Source: Felis catus
Taxonomy: Eukaryota
Direction: 5' to 3'
DNA length: 64,000 bases
Assembly: GCF_018350175.1 (NCBI RefSeq)
Contig: NC_058374.1
Location: 113,832,001-113,896,000 of the forward strand
The translations under genes and the position numbers were made by a program. The notes under the pieces were generated by a model. It was not told the origin of the DNA, did not search any database, and saw only the letters and a list, made by a program, of their open reading frames with translations. Below, in pieces: positions 34,150-47,579 of this stretch. Numbering within the stretch: the first letter of the stretch is position 1; each line of letters starts with the position of its first letter.

Positions 34150-34275
34150 TTTCAGCTGTGTGTAAGAGGCAAGTTACTTAGACTCTCTGCATAATATTTT
34201 CTTCAGAAACTGAAAGGTTGTTGTGAGGACTGACTAGAATAACTGTAGAAACTATTTAGCACTATCTCTGGCATT
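34150..34275 (+). mobile_element. MIR fragment
   Basis: ggcaagttacttagactctctg...ggttgttgtgagga. Confidence 0.6.
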
Positions 34276-34282
34276 AAGCCTC

Positions 34283-34285
<3 letters not shown>

Positions 34286-34338
<53 letters not shown>
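34286..34338. repeat. (TA)n microsatellite
   Basis: One interruption. Confidence 0.97.
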
Positions 34339-34440
34339 ATTTGTACATAATACATGAATATTAGCTGGCTTAAATTGTCATCAGGCAATTTGATAATATC
34401 AAATTTATATCCAAAACCTAGAAAAATTTAAAAGCACGAA

Positions 34441-34465
34441 ACACACACACACACACACACACACA
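34441..34465. repeat. (AC)12 microsatellite
   Basis: Perfect repeat. Confidence 0.95.
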
Positions 34466-34928
34466 ACCAGCACTTAGGAATTCTATCAAAACAAATCTAG
34501 AAAATGAAACTGCTTTTCAAAATAAGTTTGCAAGTAAAAGCACAGATTGTCAGGTCTTTGGAAAGAGTGCTTAGGAGTTCAGAAAGTACTTTCTATAGAG
34601 GTAACTATTGGACAACAAACTAGAATTTCAAAGGGCTGGGGATTTGTATTCCCATCCCTCAGCTTAACTGTTACTAGAACAGTTTGCTCTGGACTTACCA
34701 AAAAGAGAAAAAGAAAAAAAAGAAACATTGACATAGGGCAGGGGAACTCCTTTGTCTGTTTCATAGACTAGTAAAAATTAAGGATGCACACAATGTTGAA
34801 AATCTTTTATTTTGCCAAAGATTTTTTTTAATCCCATTGCCATCTGCTGTCATGATCATTTTGGGAAACGGATGGTATTTTAACATCCCCAGAGTGGGAA
34901 AGGTATCCATATTAGAATAAAGCAGGGT

Positions 34929-35135
34929 CTTTTTTTTTTTAATTTTTTTTTCAACGTTTTGATTTATTTTGGGGACAGAGAGAGACAGAGCGTGAACGGG
35001 GGAGGGGCAGAGAGAGAGGGAGACACAGATTCAGAAACAGGCCCAGAGCCTGACGCGGGACTCGAACTCACGGACCGCGAGATCGTGACCTGGCTGAAGC
35101 CGGAGGCTTAACCGACTGCGCCACCCAGGCGCCCC
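34929..35135 (-). mobile_element. Young cat CanSINE with 21-bp internal deletion
   Basis: TSD taaagcagggtctttt at 34918-34933 and 35136-35151; lacks ctgatggctcggagcctggag. Confidence 0.96.
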
Positions 35136-35289
35136 TAAAGCAGGGTCTTTTTAATCGAATAAATTTAAAGTCACTCAATGCCACTTTTTGCATGTCATGG
35201 CCCTACATTTGGGAACTCATCTAAACTGTTAATCTATGGAGAGGATGACACTAAATTAAGCTATTATGCTATTCATTTTATATGCCAGT

Positions 35290-35585
35290 CCCATGGCCTG
35301 AGATACCTTCTCCAATTCCCCTTCCCCCCAAAAAGCTGATTTTTTTGCTCATCCTCCAAGAAGCCCTCCATGATCCTCTGCACTTGCGTAAACATCTGTA
35401 GTATTCTGCTTTCCATTCCCCTGGCTCTGACACTTATCAAACATACTAGATTTACTATGTGCACTGGTCTCTTTTTCTTTCTAGACTGTAAATTCTTTGA
35501 GGGCAAGCATCTTACGTAACTCACTATTGTACCCTCAATGCCTAACACCCAATGCATAGTATATGTTCTTGAATGATGTTAAATA
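35290..35585 (+). mobile_element. L2 3' end
   Basis: ctagactgtaaattctttgagggcaag...tgtaccctcaatgcctaacac...ttgaatga. Confidence 0.7.
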
Positions 35586-37320
35586 GACATATCAAAATTT
35601 AAATGAGGCAAATCAGAACCATTACTTGCGACTTTCCGGGTGCAAAATAATATACAGAGAATTTTTGCAGCTAAAAAATTGGACAGTGAATATTTGAGGA
35701 GACAAGATAAATAAAGTCTGTGGCACTTTTTTCCTGGTTGCCGTGTTAGATTATTGCATAAATTGCTTTTATAAATAAACATTGTTTTAGGGTAGACAAA
35801 TGGAGACCAAAGTAACTTAGATATGTTGCTCAGGAATATTGTGGTATTGTCCACATTGCCCCCATTTAAGGTTTTTTGCTTTGTTTCCCCTTATGCTGTG
35901 TAGACATGTTTTAGTATGTTTACATCAGGTTAGCCATTGTGTCATTTGCTTATGTGCCACTCTCTCATACTGCCATTGTATCCCGAAGTTTCTCACGTGT
36001 CCTTCCAACGCTCCAGTCTCTCAATTTATTTATGAAATCCAGGATTCCTGGGATTTCCCAGAATTTTTTCAATGGCTGTATTGCAGTTCGAAAGTTTGTC
36101 TGGAAGGCCTTTGCCCACCTCCCCCTTGTATACAGTAATGTCACCTAGCAAAGGTCTTGTTATCCATCTGGACCTTCCCTCCTCTGAGGGCACCTTTAGA
36201 CCCAGACTTCCAGGCTGAGTTGGAGATGGCTTCCTTGTTGCCTGTCAGCTGGCTGTGTTCACTAAAGTTGTGCTTATCGTGAACTTACTTCCAGATAGAG
36301 TGCTACGTGTCAGTGCTGCTTGCTTTAGAAAACTCAGCTTAACCCAAAAGTTCAGGGTGCAGTAGAAGAGTTCTCTACAGTGTTAACAGCAAATAGAGAC
36401 AAGGCACTTATTTTCGCATGTGTTTGGATTCAGAAAGAGAAAAGGAAGCCCCCAAAGTGAATAATCTCTGCTAAACCAGTTAAGTGGGCCCATAATTAGT
36501 TCTCTTTGGAAGGAAGAAAAGGAGGGGTCTGAACTTGGAGTCTTTTCAAGACTGAAACCAACACAAGGAAGATAAATAGTAGCGAAAAAACTGGTGGCTG
36601 GGGGTGCATAGGATGTTCAGAGGTGGGATATTTTTGACAGGGAAGTGATAGGACCAGATTTATTTTTTGGAAAGCCCCGAGGATGATGGATTGGAAAACG
36701 GTAATGTTGAAGTGACCTCTCTATTTTTGTCTCCAATTGTTACTTAAATCTTTAAATAATTTAGCTTGCACGTGGGCTTGTCTCTTCAACAGAGACCTAT
36801 GTCTTTTATTTATTCTTGTTTTGGTGACCTGCAGGAAGGAGACCACTTTTAGCAGCCTCTCCACCTGGCGACCTGCCTTGCTTTGCTGAGGTTTGAGTCC
36901 CAGGGCCACACTAAGGCATTTGTACTAAGGTGTGGATCTACTGGGGTTCCGAAAACAGAAGAGAACTAGAAATCCAAGGGTGACACATACAGATTTGGGA
37001 CTAACCTGTTTCTTCTTGTTAAAGCAATTCAGATCATAGAGAATCGGGAAAAAAAAAAGGGATTAAAGTGTTGCTTACCAGCAGCAATAGCGATGGTCAT
37101 ATATCACTGTGCAACTCACACTGTGAGCTTCCCAAATAATTCCCAAGAATAATTCCCAAGTAATTCTTCAAGAAACACCACTAGGTCTGTATAATTAACA
37201 GTGAAACATATGAGGTTTCAGTCCTAAAGAAAATAAATAATTTACCCGGGGTCTTGCAACCAGATTTGAACTCTCAAGTCATAAACTCCAAAACTTGGAA
37301 ACATGCTCCTGATACTACCT

Positions 37321-37506
37321 TTTTTTTTTAAGTTTATTTATTTTGGGGGATGGGAGAGAAAGAGGGTGTAGAGAGAGAATCCCGAGTAGGCTCTGAGCTG
37401 TTAGCGTGGAGCCCAACGTGGGGCTTGATCCCACGAACCCTGAGACTATGACCTGAGTCGAGATCAAGAGTTGGACAGTCAGCCTACTGAGCCACCCAAG
37501 CGCCCC
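37321..37506 (-). mobile_element. CanSINE (older)
   Basis: TSD gatactacctttt at 37311-37323 and 37507-37519. Confidence 0.93.
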
Positions 37507-38222
37507 GATACTACCTTTTCTAAAAGGGACTGTGAGAAATCAAACCCTATAAAGTTAGAAGACCATTTAGAGATGAGTAGAGACAGTAGAAAGGAAAAGA
37601 AAAAAAAGAAAAAAGAAAAAACTTGAGACAGCTAAGGAGACCTCTCATGGCTGACATGACCCAGGAAAACACAGCTACATTCATTAAAGGGCCCACTGAA
37701 AAATGAATCAAAGGACATATTAAAACATTAATCTGCCAAATAAAATAATTTCGCTGGAATGAAAAGTATCCCTAGGGGCCGATAAGAGAAAGCAGCAAAA
37801 ATGCCTTCTGTGTTAAACTGTTGAAGCTCCTCACTTCTGCTTTGGCCTAAACTGGCAGGAGGAATCAGGGAGGGGTCAACCCCACAGTCCCCCTTCCCCA
37901 GCAACTGAGGGGAGCCCGGGCATCAGGTGGAAGAGGAAGAAGGGCGGCTAGAAGGATAAGGTTGTGTGTTTATCTCAGCAGTGCTTTGGAACTTGATCAC
38001 TTGCCCTGGAGGAACTCTCCTTGAACCTTCTCTAGCTAAGTACCAGGGCCACTTCTCAAAGCCAGGCCTCCGTCCCTGACCTTGTCTCTTTCCTTTTAGC
38101 AGAACCCTAGGATTCCATTTACTTTGCTCTTTGTAAAGTTACCACCATATACTGTCTCCGCCAGTGTTCAGGCTTATGGGATGTTTCTCTGCATCTCCCC
38201 GGCTGCCAAAGACCTAGTTCAG

Positions 38223-38440
38223 TTTTTTTTTTTTTTTCAACGTTTATTTATTTTTGGGACAGAGAGAGACAGAGCATGAACGGGGGAGGGGCAGAGAGAG
38301 AGGGAGACACAGAATCGGAAACAGGCTCCGGGCTCCGAGCCATCAGCCCAGAGCCCGACGCGGGGCTTGAACTCACGGACCGCGAGATCGTGACCTGGCT
38401 GAAGTCGGACGCTTAACCGACTGCGCCACCCAGGCGCCCC
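38223..38440 (-). mobile_element. Young cat CanSINE with 14-bp TSD
   Basis: TSD cctagttcagtttt at 38213-38226 and 38442-38455. Confidence 0.97.
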
Positions 38441-38639
38441 CCCTAGTTCAGTTTTAAAGCTTAACAGTAGTTCGGGGAAAGGGACAGATGATAAGAATCA
38501 AGTATGGAAAATTGTGAACTTTAAAGAGTCATTACAAAGTTCTTAACAAGTTGTGATCCCGGCTTCTAGTATGTTTTAACTTTCTGAATAGGGAACAATG
38601 GATCTCTCCTTCCCTTCAGACTAATTAGACAGCAGACTG

Positions 38640-38965
38640 GGACTTCTCAGAGATTTTCACCCCAGCATCACCCCCGGAAATGGACAGAAATGCAAACTTT
38701 TGGCTCTAGATGCACTAAATCAGGAACTCTAGGAGTGCCCAGGCAGCTCAGTCAGTTGAACATCTGACTCTTGATTTTGGCTCAGGTCATGGGATCAAAC
38801 CCGCTGAAAGCTCAGCTGCTGCTTGGGATTCTCCCTCTCTCTCCGTCCCTCCGTCGCTCACTCTCTCTCAAACATAAACTTAAAAAAAAAAGAAAGAAAG
38901 AAACTCCAGGGGTTAGGCCAGGCCACCTAGACACATCTGAAACACTAATGTTTCAGGAAAACTGC
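38640..38965. mobile_element. MER5A-like hAT element split by a SINE
   Basis: cagcatcacccccggaaatggacagaaatgcaaac...aatcaggaactct [SINE] ggggttaggcc...gaaaactgc. Confidence 0.55.
38731..38900 (+). mobile_element. CanSINE (older, shortened)
   Basis: gctcagtcagttgaacatctgactcttgattttggctcagg, (CT)n, A tail. Confidence 0.88.
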
Positions 38966-41513
38966 TTTTAAAACATAGTGGCAAAATTCTGTAACTTAAA
39001 ACCAATGAAATTTTTATCTGGGAATGTATTATCTCAAGTTAGAAATCTTGTCTTTTAAAAGAAAAAAGCTATCATACTAATTTAATATATAAAAGTGGCC
39101 TTGAAGTAGGAAGTAAGTTTTAAGTGTGTTGTTATTTGCTTCCCTCAAGTTCTATAGTCTGGGGAAAGTGCTTTTTTCCCAGCTTCTGAGACATTAGGCA
39201 AGCTAGAGCAGATAATGATGTCCATGTTACTCTCAAGAGAGAAGATAATACTCAGGAAGCTTGGTAGGATAATCATCTAGCCAAATGTTGGCATAGTCCA
39301 TGGTTTTATTTTCATTTCTAAGACAAGCAGCCAATTGACCTTTTCAAGGGGCTTGAATTCAAAATCTCAAAGTAGATTAGCATTTACAGCCACTGAGTGA
39401 TGTCATATCATTTATTTAACACGATAGTGAACTAAAATAAAGGAACATTCAAATGGCAAAAGGAAGTGCAATAAACAAGTAAATATGGAGGTCCTAAATA
39501 TAGATGCTCAACACGATTGTGAAAGCTATCATGGATTTGGATATACTTCAGCTTGAATTAAAGGATCAAAATCCCATTGGAAAATAGAACTTAGAATGTA
39601 CTCATTTATGGTGTATAGCAAGTTAGACTGATCCAAATTCCTAAAAAGACTATTCTAGCCAAGAAGAAGTCTGCTGCGGCGGATGGGGGGGGTGGGGGGG
39701 GTGGGTAGGGTGGGGAAAGGTTAAGATTTACATGTCAAATTGCATTGATTTTTCCAAAGCAGATACCATAGGTAAGAGGCTTCTCATTATCTTGTGTTTG
39801 TATCTTGTTTTGTAAATATTTGTTTTCCCTAAATGAAGCGGAAGCAATCTTCAGCTTAGATAATATTTATCGTTTGATTTAGTTGAATTAATTGAACGTG
39901 AAAGCAAAGGATCCTTTATTGGCATTAATGCACGGGTTGAAAACATTCCCTATCTGCAGAGTTTGTAGTAGAGGCCTCTCCTTTAAATCTTTTCACCCAG
40001 CACAATGTAGGAAAACATGTCCGTCTTCTGGAAACCAATTTGAGTTTTGACTGTGATGCTGACCTTCAAACTCAAGGAATGATCACCGTGTCGTTTTTCA
40101 TGTCTGACCTCCCTGGTTACCACATGAGTCGATTTCAAGCTCTAAAACACTAGTGAGAGACCCAGCATCAATGCACTCCAGGAATGGTTCTTTTCATGGT
40201 TTTCTGCCTTGTAGAAGCAAGCTGCCTGTACAATATTTAGGGGGTAGGGACTATGAGTCAAGAGCACTTGTATCTTTATGCAAAAAAAAAAAATAAGTCG
40301 ACTGGATTGAGAGAAAAAACTCCTTCCTGAAGACATTCGCTTCAGAGAAGTCCTGGGAGAGGCAGAAATTTCAGGTTAGAAAGAGGGTAATAAGAGCACT
40401 GTAGGTACATAGTCCAACCGAGGACAAAAATCTGCCAGGTAATTTAGCCCAGAGGATTTAGCTAAACAGTTAAACTCTTAACAGAAGCTTTATTTAGGAT
40501 CATTCTAACAAACATGATCAGCAGACAAGTCTTTTTTTAAAGAAAGTTCTCTTTCATCTCACTAAAAAGAAGGAACACATTAAAACCAAAACAGGAACTA
40601 CTTTGGCAATATACGTGCAAAAAAAAAAAAAATAAGCACCCAATGAGGCTCTTTTTAAATTAGCCAGAGTGCACACAGAGACGTCTTTGAAAAGGAAACT
40701 TCTGGGGTGGTGGGGGGGGGGGGCAGGACACATTTTTCTTGATTTCATAAACACTCATTGTTTAACCATCTGAAGAAAGTGCAAACTTATGATTAAGTTC
40801 CCCCCAACTCCTAAACAGATCAGCTCTTTTAAGTCACCTCCTGCCCCCTGTCCCCCACTCTACTTAGGCAGGAGAAGTGACCTGAAAATCAGCCTGTCAG
40901 AGAAGCAGGGGGTCCTCATTTTCAGACTGTGTGCATGTTAGGCTGCAGCCCACACTTACAGCACAGGAAGCCAAGTTTTGCCCAGGTGCCCCTGCACTGT
41001 ATTAATATGCTGTTTGAATTTCATGAGCAGTGGATAACCTACTCCAGTTTATTTTGCTGCCTTAAAAAAAAAAAAAAAAAATGACTTTAAGAACATGGCT
41101 CCTCCCCAGCCCCTCTTCTCCAGCCCAAACTAGTCACATAATTTCCATCAGGACACTTAGAACCTCCTAAGTCCCAATGTAGTTTCCACCCTTACCAATT
41201 GCTAAGATACGGCTGAAGAGGTGTTGTTTATGTAGTTTTCTAAATTTACTCCAATGAGGAACATTACATTATGAGTCTTCTATGGGATCAAGATATAATT
41301 ATGCAAAGTCGAGACAACTTGACATGAGGCAAATATTTAACAGATTTTTTAAAATAATAAATAAAAGGCTTAATAAGCCGTGTACAGAAAGTAGGAAGAA
41401 TTTTTACCAGGAATCTGGGTTTGGAGAACATTCCTGTAAATAAGCAATACATTTACTTTTGAGCGTCTTGGCATCCAGGAAAAAGAGAAGCAAAGTGCAT
41501 TGCTTTTGGTAAC

Positions 41514-41710
41514 TTTATTTTATTTTTGAGAGAAAGAGACGGAGCGCAAGCAGGGGAGGGGAGGAGAGAGGGGGAGACACAGAATCTGAAGTGGGCTCCA
41601 GGCTCTGAGATGTCAGCACAGAGCCCAACGCAGGGCTCGAACTTGTGAACCATGAGATCAAGACCTGAGCTGAAGTTGGAAACTTAACCAACTGAACCAC
41701 CCAGGGGAAC
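41514..41710 (-). mobile_element. CanSINE
   Basis: TSD cttttggtaacttta/cttttgctaacttta. Confidence 0.93.
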
Positions 41711-41868
41711 CAACTTTTGCTAACTTTAAAAAAAAAAAAAAAGGATACCATCAAAGGAAAAAAAAATTATTGGTGTTAAACGCTGATAAACTTATCAACT
41801 TATAATATAGAATAGGTTTACATAATTTTATAAAATATTCAAGGAAACATGTTTTGGACAGTGTACTC

Positions 41869-42063
41869 TTTTTTTTTTTTTTAATGTTTATTTTTGAGAG
41901 AGGGCATGAGTGGGGTTGGGGCAGAGAGAGAGGAGGACAGAGGATCCCAAGCGGGCTCTGCGCTGACAGCAGAGAGCCCAATGCAGGGCTTGAACTCATG
42001 AACTGAGAGATCTCACCTGAACTGAAGTCAGACACTCAACCAACTGAACCACCAAGGCACCTC
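41869..42063 (-). mobile_element. CanSINE (older)
   Basis: T tail, body, reversed head aaggcacctc. Confidence 0.92.
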
Positions 42064-42159
42064 TAGGGTAGTGCATTCTTCATCTGACTCTCCCAATGGG
42101 AGCTAAGAACAAGTTCACTGCTAAATGTCTGCTGCATGTGTTCTATCGTGTTCATAAAC

Positions 42160-42700
42160 TCATTCCACAAATTTGATTGACTAATGAGGTAATGGCTAAG
42201 CATCGGAGGTACATCCACAAACAAAAAAGACCTGTCTCACACTTTACTGAATCTGGTAGAAAGACTGAAATTAAGAAGTAGTGAAAATAAGTTCCTATTT
42301 GCCACTCTGAAGATCGCTGTGAAAGAAAAATACAGGACCTAGGAAAGTGAACCTAATTGATGGGACAATCAAAGAAGCCTTTCCTTCAGCAAGGGCTTTA
42401 GTCAGAAGTCTAAGGAGGAGTAGGAATTAGGCTGGGTGGGATCTGAGGGTGTTAGACTTGCTCTGTAGACTAAGGAAGTGAATTTACAAAGGAGACCGAG
42501 AGGTGTGCTCAAAGCAGAACCCTGTGGTCTTAGTTGGAAGAATGTAAGTAGAGAGACCAAAGATTAGGCGGGAAGGGTATGTAAGGTCAGAGCCTGAGGC
42601 GTCTTTTAACTTGCCTTTAAAAACATTAATCTTACCCAAAGAATAAGGGAGGTGTCGTGCAGGAGTTGGAAGCAAAGCAGTGACAGACAGATTTGCATAT
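42160..42700 (-). mobile_element. L2 fragment
   Basis: cattccacaaatttgattg start and purine-rich reversed L2 pattern (gaagcctttcc...gaagtctaaggaggagtagga). Confidence 0.55.
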
Positions 42701-42912
42701 TAAGAGTTACACTCATTAAGCACAGGGCAATGGGTATGCTAGTATTATGATGAAAATTAGAAAGTGAAGATCTATTTTTCTGAGGTTCTGTCTGTTATTT
42801 CCTTTGTGGGAGAGCTATAAAAGTATCTGTAACCAAGGCCACATCTCTTAAGATGCTTCTTTAGATCTGGTCAAATGTTCAATACTCTACTTGAAGCCAC
42901 AGAAATCTAGAT

Positions 42913-43114
42913 CAGTGATAATAGGCAATTTTTTTATAAAGAGCTTGATAGTATATATTTTTGACTTTGTGAACTAGAAGACGTTTGTCCCAATTTCTTA
43001 TCTCTGCACAGAAGCAACCATAGACAATATGGGCATGGCTGTGTTCCAATAAAACTTTATTTACAAAGCAGGAGGTAATGGACTTGGGTCTTGACAATCC
43101 TATGCCTATCTCTG
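42913..43114. mobile_element. MER58A-like hAT-Charlie MITE
   Basis: gcaaccatagacaat...ggctgtgttccaataaaactttatttacaaa; 8-bp TSD atctagat/acctagat. Confidence 0.85.
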
Positions 43115-43533
43115 ACCTAGATCAAGAAGCATTTAAGAGCTGATCATGATAGAAGAGTTCAGAGGCTATGGTAACCCTCTAAGCAAACAAACCTTTAATG
43201 GCATAACTGTGCTCTCTTGGGGATTTAGGAGAACTATGTTGTGATAGGACTATATAGCAGGGACAAAATGCACCTTCTGAGCTGAAAGAAATGACCTGTG
43301 AACAAAATTATCATCTGTGTAGATTGTGAAGAATATGAGCTCCTTAGAGGCAAGGATTTATGTCTGTTTTGTGCAGTTATTTTGTTCTGTTTTTTAAACC
43401 CCCAGCTGAGTCCTTGGGTTTTGTCTATAGAATATGCTAACAGATGTAACTCACAAAATGAACATTCAGGTAATGTCATTTCAGCAATAAAACTCTTCAA
43501 AAGTCATGATTACTGGGAAGCGTTTATTCCCAG

Positions 43534-43972
43534 TGTCGTCAAAAAACAAAATTCAACCCAGTAGATCTAATTGGCTTTATTAGGCGATTCATGAACCAGA
43601 GGCAAGTAGGGAGAGGCTCCTAGGAGTTGTGTACAATGGAAGGTTTTTGTAGAAGGAGGGTGGGGCAAGAAGTTATTAGCAAAAGAAAAGATTGTTGCCA
43701 GCAAAGTCACATTCCCTTAGGGGGAAAGGCGGGGGGTCTTATTAGGTGGGTTACCTCATCTTCCTATGGTGGGAGGAGAGGTGGGATGTCTCTTCCTATG
43801 GTGGGATGGAGAGGGCCCATGTGACCTCATTGGTGCTGCTTAGAAATTTCCCGATTGATAGGTCAAGACTACATGTCTCGAGGAAGGTGGCATTGCCACT
43901 AGGTTAAGTATTAAGCCCCAGTTTGATGACTTGACCTAAGTGACTCCATGTTGCTGTCGCTTTGTTTTCAGC
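43534..43972 (-). mobile_element. ERV1-class solo LTR (carnivore type)
   Basis: TGT...CA termini, ctaattggctttatt (AATAAA on minus), internal 32-bp-period duplication at 43759-43814. Family name uncertain. Confidence 0.7.
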
Positions 43973-44442
43973 AGTATAAAGAAAAATTTCACCCAAACAC
44001 ACTAAATACATATAAGAAATTGTGTCAGTACGATAATTTTGGACCCAAACCACTCACCAGTTCACTCAGCAGAGTTTTGGCGTCAAAGTACCAAAGGTAG
44101 CAAATTTAAGTTGGATGCCCCGCTCCGATGAACCCAGACACTCTCTCTTTGCCTGTAGACACCAAGCAAGAGTTGGAGACCTACCATCTTCATTTCTTAC
44201 AAGCCTTTGGTCTGTTGTGTGCACATGCTGCGTCCAAGTAGTTTGCATTGTTTGTGTTCTGCTTCTATTTTTGCTCTAGAGATAAGTTTTCAAACTTATT
44301 TTAAGCAAAATTTGACCTCCCTACTAATGAGCTCACCCAAAGGTTAAACAAATCTGTGAAGATGTAAATAATGCAGGACGAATAATGACCTTCCCCATAT
44401 CAAACTCCCACACTCCTGACTTGTACACATATCACCCACTAT

Positions 44443-44993
44443 TGTTGCCAAAAACACGCCTCAGTGCTTCAGATGCAAAATATAGCGTGAAGACAGGCAA
44501 AGTTTGGGATAAAGAGGAACGATAGCTTTAATGCTTTGCTGGGCAAAGGAGGCTGAAGCAGGCTATGGCCTTCAGAAAGGGTAATCCACGCCCCTGCCCC
44601 CCATCCCACCATCCCCCAGGGAGCCGGTGCAGGGGGAGGGGGGGCGGTTTAAAGGGAAATACAGGACCTACCTGGTTTTGACAGGAATTGTAGATTAGTC
44701 ATTCTCAAGTTGATCCTGGGCTCCCCAAACAAAAGGCTAAGGAGGGAGGGGGGAGGTTTTCAGCAGGGAGCAACATGGTTATTTTATTTATTTTTTTATT
44801 TTTTTTTAAATATAATTTATTGTCAAGTTGGCTAATATACAGTGTACACAGCGTGCTCTTGGTTTTGCGGGTAGATTCCGGTGACAACCCCTGGATCCTG
44901 ATCTTAGAACTAGATCATGGTGTGTCTTACTTTTATAATCTGGGCTCGATAACTATTTCTTGAAAACTAGGTGATCATTAACTCATAGCAACA
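44443..44993 (-). mobile_element. ERV1-class LTR interrupted by a short L1 3' end
   Basis: tgttgcc...gatagctttaatgctttgctgggcaaagg...gcaaca; flanks ctat/atat. Confidence 0.6.
44783..44885 (-). mobile_element. Very short 5'-truncated feliform L1 3' end
   Basis: T tail plus aatttattgtcaagttggctaatatacagtgtacacagcgtgctcttggttttg. Confidence 0.75.
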
Positions 44994-45546
44994 ATATTTT
45001 TCTTGCTGCTAAAAAGACGCGAAACTATTTGTTGCTTGAGGAGTATCATGGTGGTACCCACGGCATAAAACACCTTCTCTTCTAGATAGCAAAGGATGCC
45101 GACCTTTTGTTTTATGGCGAGAGCACGTGAGGAAGGCTAAATCTGCATCAGACATTTGAATAGATGCTTCAGAGGAGCATGGAGGGTGAGGAATGTTTTT
45201 AATGACATCCAAGATTAGAATTTGCTCGGAGAAAGTCCGTAACTCCCCAGTATTGTGACTATTTTGCTTACCAGTCTATCCACAGCACTCGACCCTGTGT
45301 TTGGTAAATTGTGGCATCGATACATATTTGAGGAATAAATGAACCCTGATTGAGATGCTGCCGCAGCGGAAGCTCCGAGGGAAGACAAAAACAACTTGAA
45401 TCAGTATCAAAATCATATGGCTTGGCTAAGTGGTACCTGCCTATGGAATCAAAGATGGATGAGCGATCAATAAATATTGCAGTAGTCTTCAGTTCTTTTT
45501 AACTATACCCACCATAGATTAAAAAGTATCAAAGGGGTCAGCAGCA

Positions 45547-45745
45547 GGGGGGCCTGGGTGGCTTAGTCAGTTGAGCATCTGACTCTTGATACTGGCTCAC
45601 GTGATCTCCCAGTGGTGAAATAGAGCCCCGAGTCGGGCTCTGCGATGACAACGTGGAGCCTAATTGGGATCCTCTCTCTCCCTCTCTCTCTGCCCCACCT
45701 TCTCTCTCTCTCTCTCTCTCTCTCTCAGTAACTAAATACACATTT
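45547..45745 (+). mobile_element. CanSINE (older)
   Basis: Head, (CT)n; flanking gggtcagcag on both sides. Confidence 0.9.
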
Positions 45746-46409
45746 TTTTTTTTTAAACAGGGTCAGCAGAATAATGGTACTTTTCCTGCTCCTTTTCCAT
45801 GCAGAATATTAAGTGGAGAAGCCAGACCCACAATGCATTAGGAAGAAAGCTAGCTCAGAATGTGGAGCATCTGTGGAGCAGACTGATTGAAGGTGGCACA
45901 GGAGAAAGTTACCCTTTTTGAAGACGGAGGTGGATACTGGGACTCTGTCCTAGAAGAATCGAGAGGGCAGTCAGTCACAGAGCTTTGTGGAGGTTTGACT
46001 ATTCAGAGCAGGACTTGGAGAGGTAGGGCAGCTGAAGATTTTACCCTGGGGACTTCAGCTGGGAGCAGTTAATTAGTTGGTTATGCCTTAATGCATCCGG
46101 TTGGTCAATTCCTAAGATAGCATGCTATTGTGTCTTCTGAAAGAATGAGCTAGAGCCACAGACCGCTGGTTTGGAGTTCCTTCCCAGAATTTTAAGCAAA
46201 GAAAGCAAACTGAAGGAGAATAAAGTAAATAAGTAAAATAAATTTATTTGTGTGTGCATATGTGTGTGTACATATATATACAAACACATCTCGAAGAATT
46301 ATATGTGCATAGGAAAAAGTCCAAGGCGAACATCAGATGTGTACTCCTCTGAGGTTATGTTTGGAAGGGTTGGCATTTACTTATTTTTCTATATCCTGAA
46401 CACTGGCTT

Positions 46410-47120
46410 TCTAGCTAAAAGTTAGACTGCTGCATCATATACAAAACCAAATCCACTTGGACTATATTGAAATCAAAACCAGTAGAAGAAAAGTTAGGAA
46501 ACGTGTAGATCCACAAGATTGGGATGGGTCGAAAAACTTCCTTAAGTAAGTCAGGAAAATAAGCATCCATAAAGGAAACGATTAATATATCGTTTAATTA
46601 TATGATCATATATCTACGTTGTTTCTGTATACGAAGCACCATAAACAAAGCTGATACAAATGAGGGGTAAAAAAAAAAAAAAATCAGTGACCTGTGACAA
46701 ATAGAGATTAATATTAAATACAGTAAATAAATATTAAAATGCAAAAGGTTAAATTACTATCTTCACACAAAACTCCTACAAGTTGGAAAATGAGCAAATG
46801 AGAGAAAAATAGGGAAAAATATAGGAATGGGCAATTTGACAATAAAGGAAGGTAGATAACAATAACAGAAGTTATGCAGTCCTATTAGTAGTCAGGAAAA
46901 TGCAAAATAAAACAATATGCCATTTGTTACCTAGCAGATTGATGAATATTAAAAAATTAATGATGTCCAATGCCCAGAAGTTTATAGGGAAATGCCATTT
47001 CTGACACTTTGTTTATGGGAATACAATGAGCTACAATCTTTTTGGAAGGAACTGGTCAAATGGATTCATTAAAAATATGCTTAGACTTTGACATCCCACT
47101 TTTGACACTCGCTTACAGAG
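46410..47120 (+). mobile_element. Ancient L1 ORF2 3' remnant (L1ME/MC-like)
   Basis: tagtagtcaggaaaatgcaaaataaaacaat...ttgttacctagcagattg...tttatgggaatacaa matches the L1 C-terminal pattern. Confidence 0.65.
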
Positions 47121-47342
47121 TCCATGTAATACAGAAGGCAACATACTGAGAAGTTCTCACTTCTTATAAATGTCATTCTCTTGAGTTCACCATCAGAGGT
47201 GAATGTAGAATTATTGTAGAGAACACTGCTAAGTCAGGATGAGTTTAAAGCAGAACTGCTCACCTATACCCTTAAGAGATGGAGGCAAGTAGGCCGGTCT
47301 GCCTACTAGATACTTAGGGGTTATACCTAGCATCCCAATTCC

Positions 47343-47560
47343 TTTTTTTTTTTTTTTTTTTTTTTAGTTTATTCATTTTGAAAGAGACAGAGAGTGTGAG
47401 TGGGGGAGGGGCAGAGAGAGAAAGAAAGAGAGAGCCTTCCAAGCAGACTCCATGCTGTCAGCACAGAGCCCAACTCAGGGCTCAAACTCACGAAGCCAGG
47501 AGATCATGACCCGAGCTGAAACCAAGAGTCAGATGCTTAACTGACTGAACCACCAGGCGC
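47343..47560 (-). mobile_element. CanSINE (older)
   Basis: T tail, (GA)n, aaccaagagtcagatgctt. Confidence 0.92.
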
Positions 47561-47579
47561 TATTCTGGGAAATCCTTCA

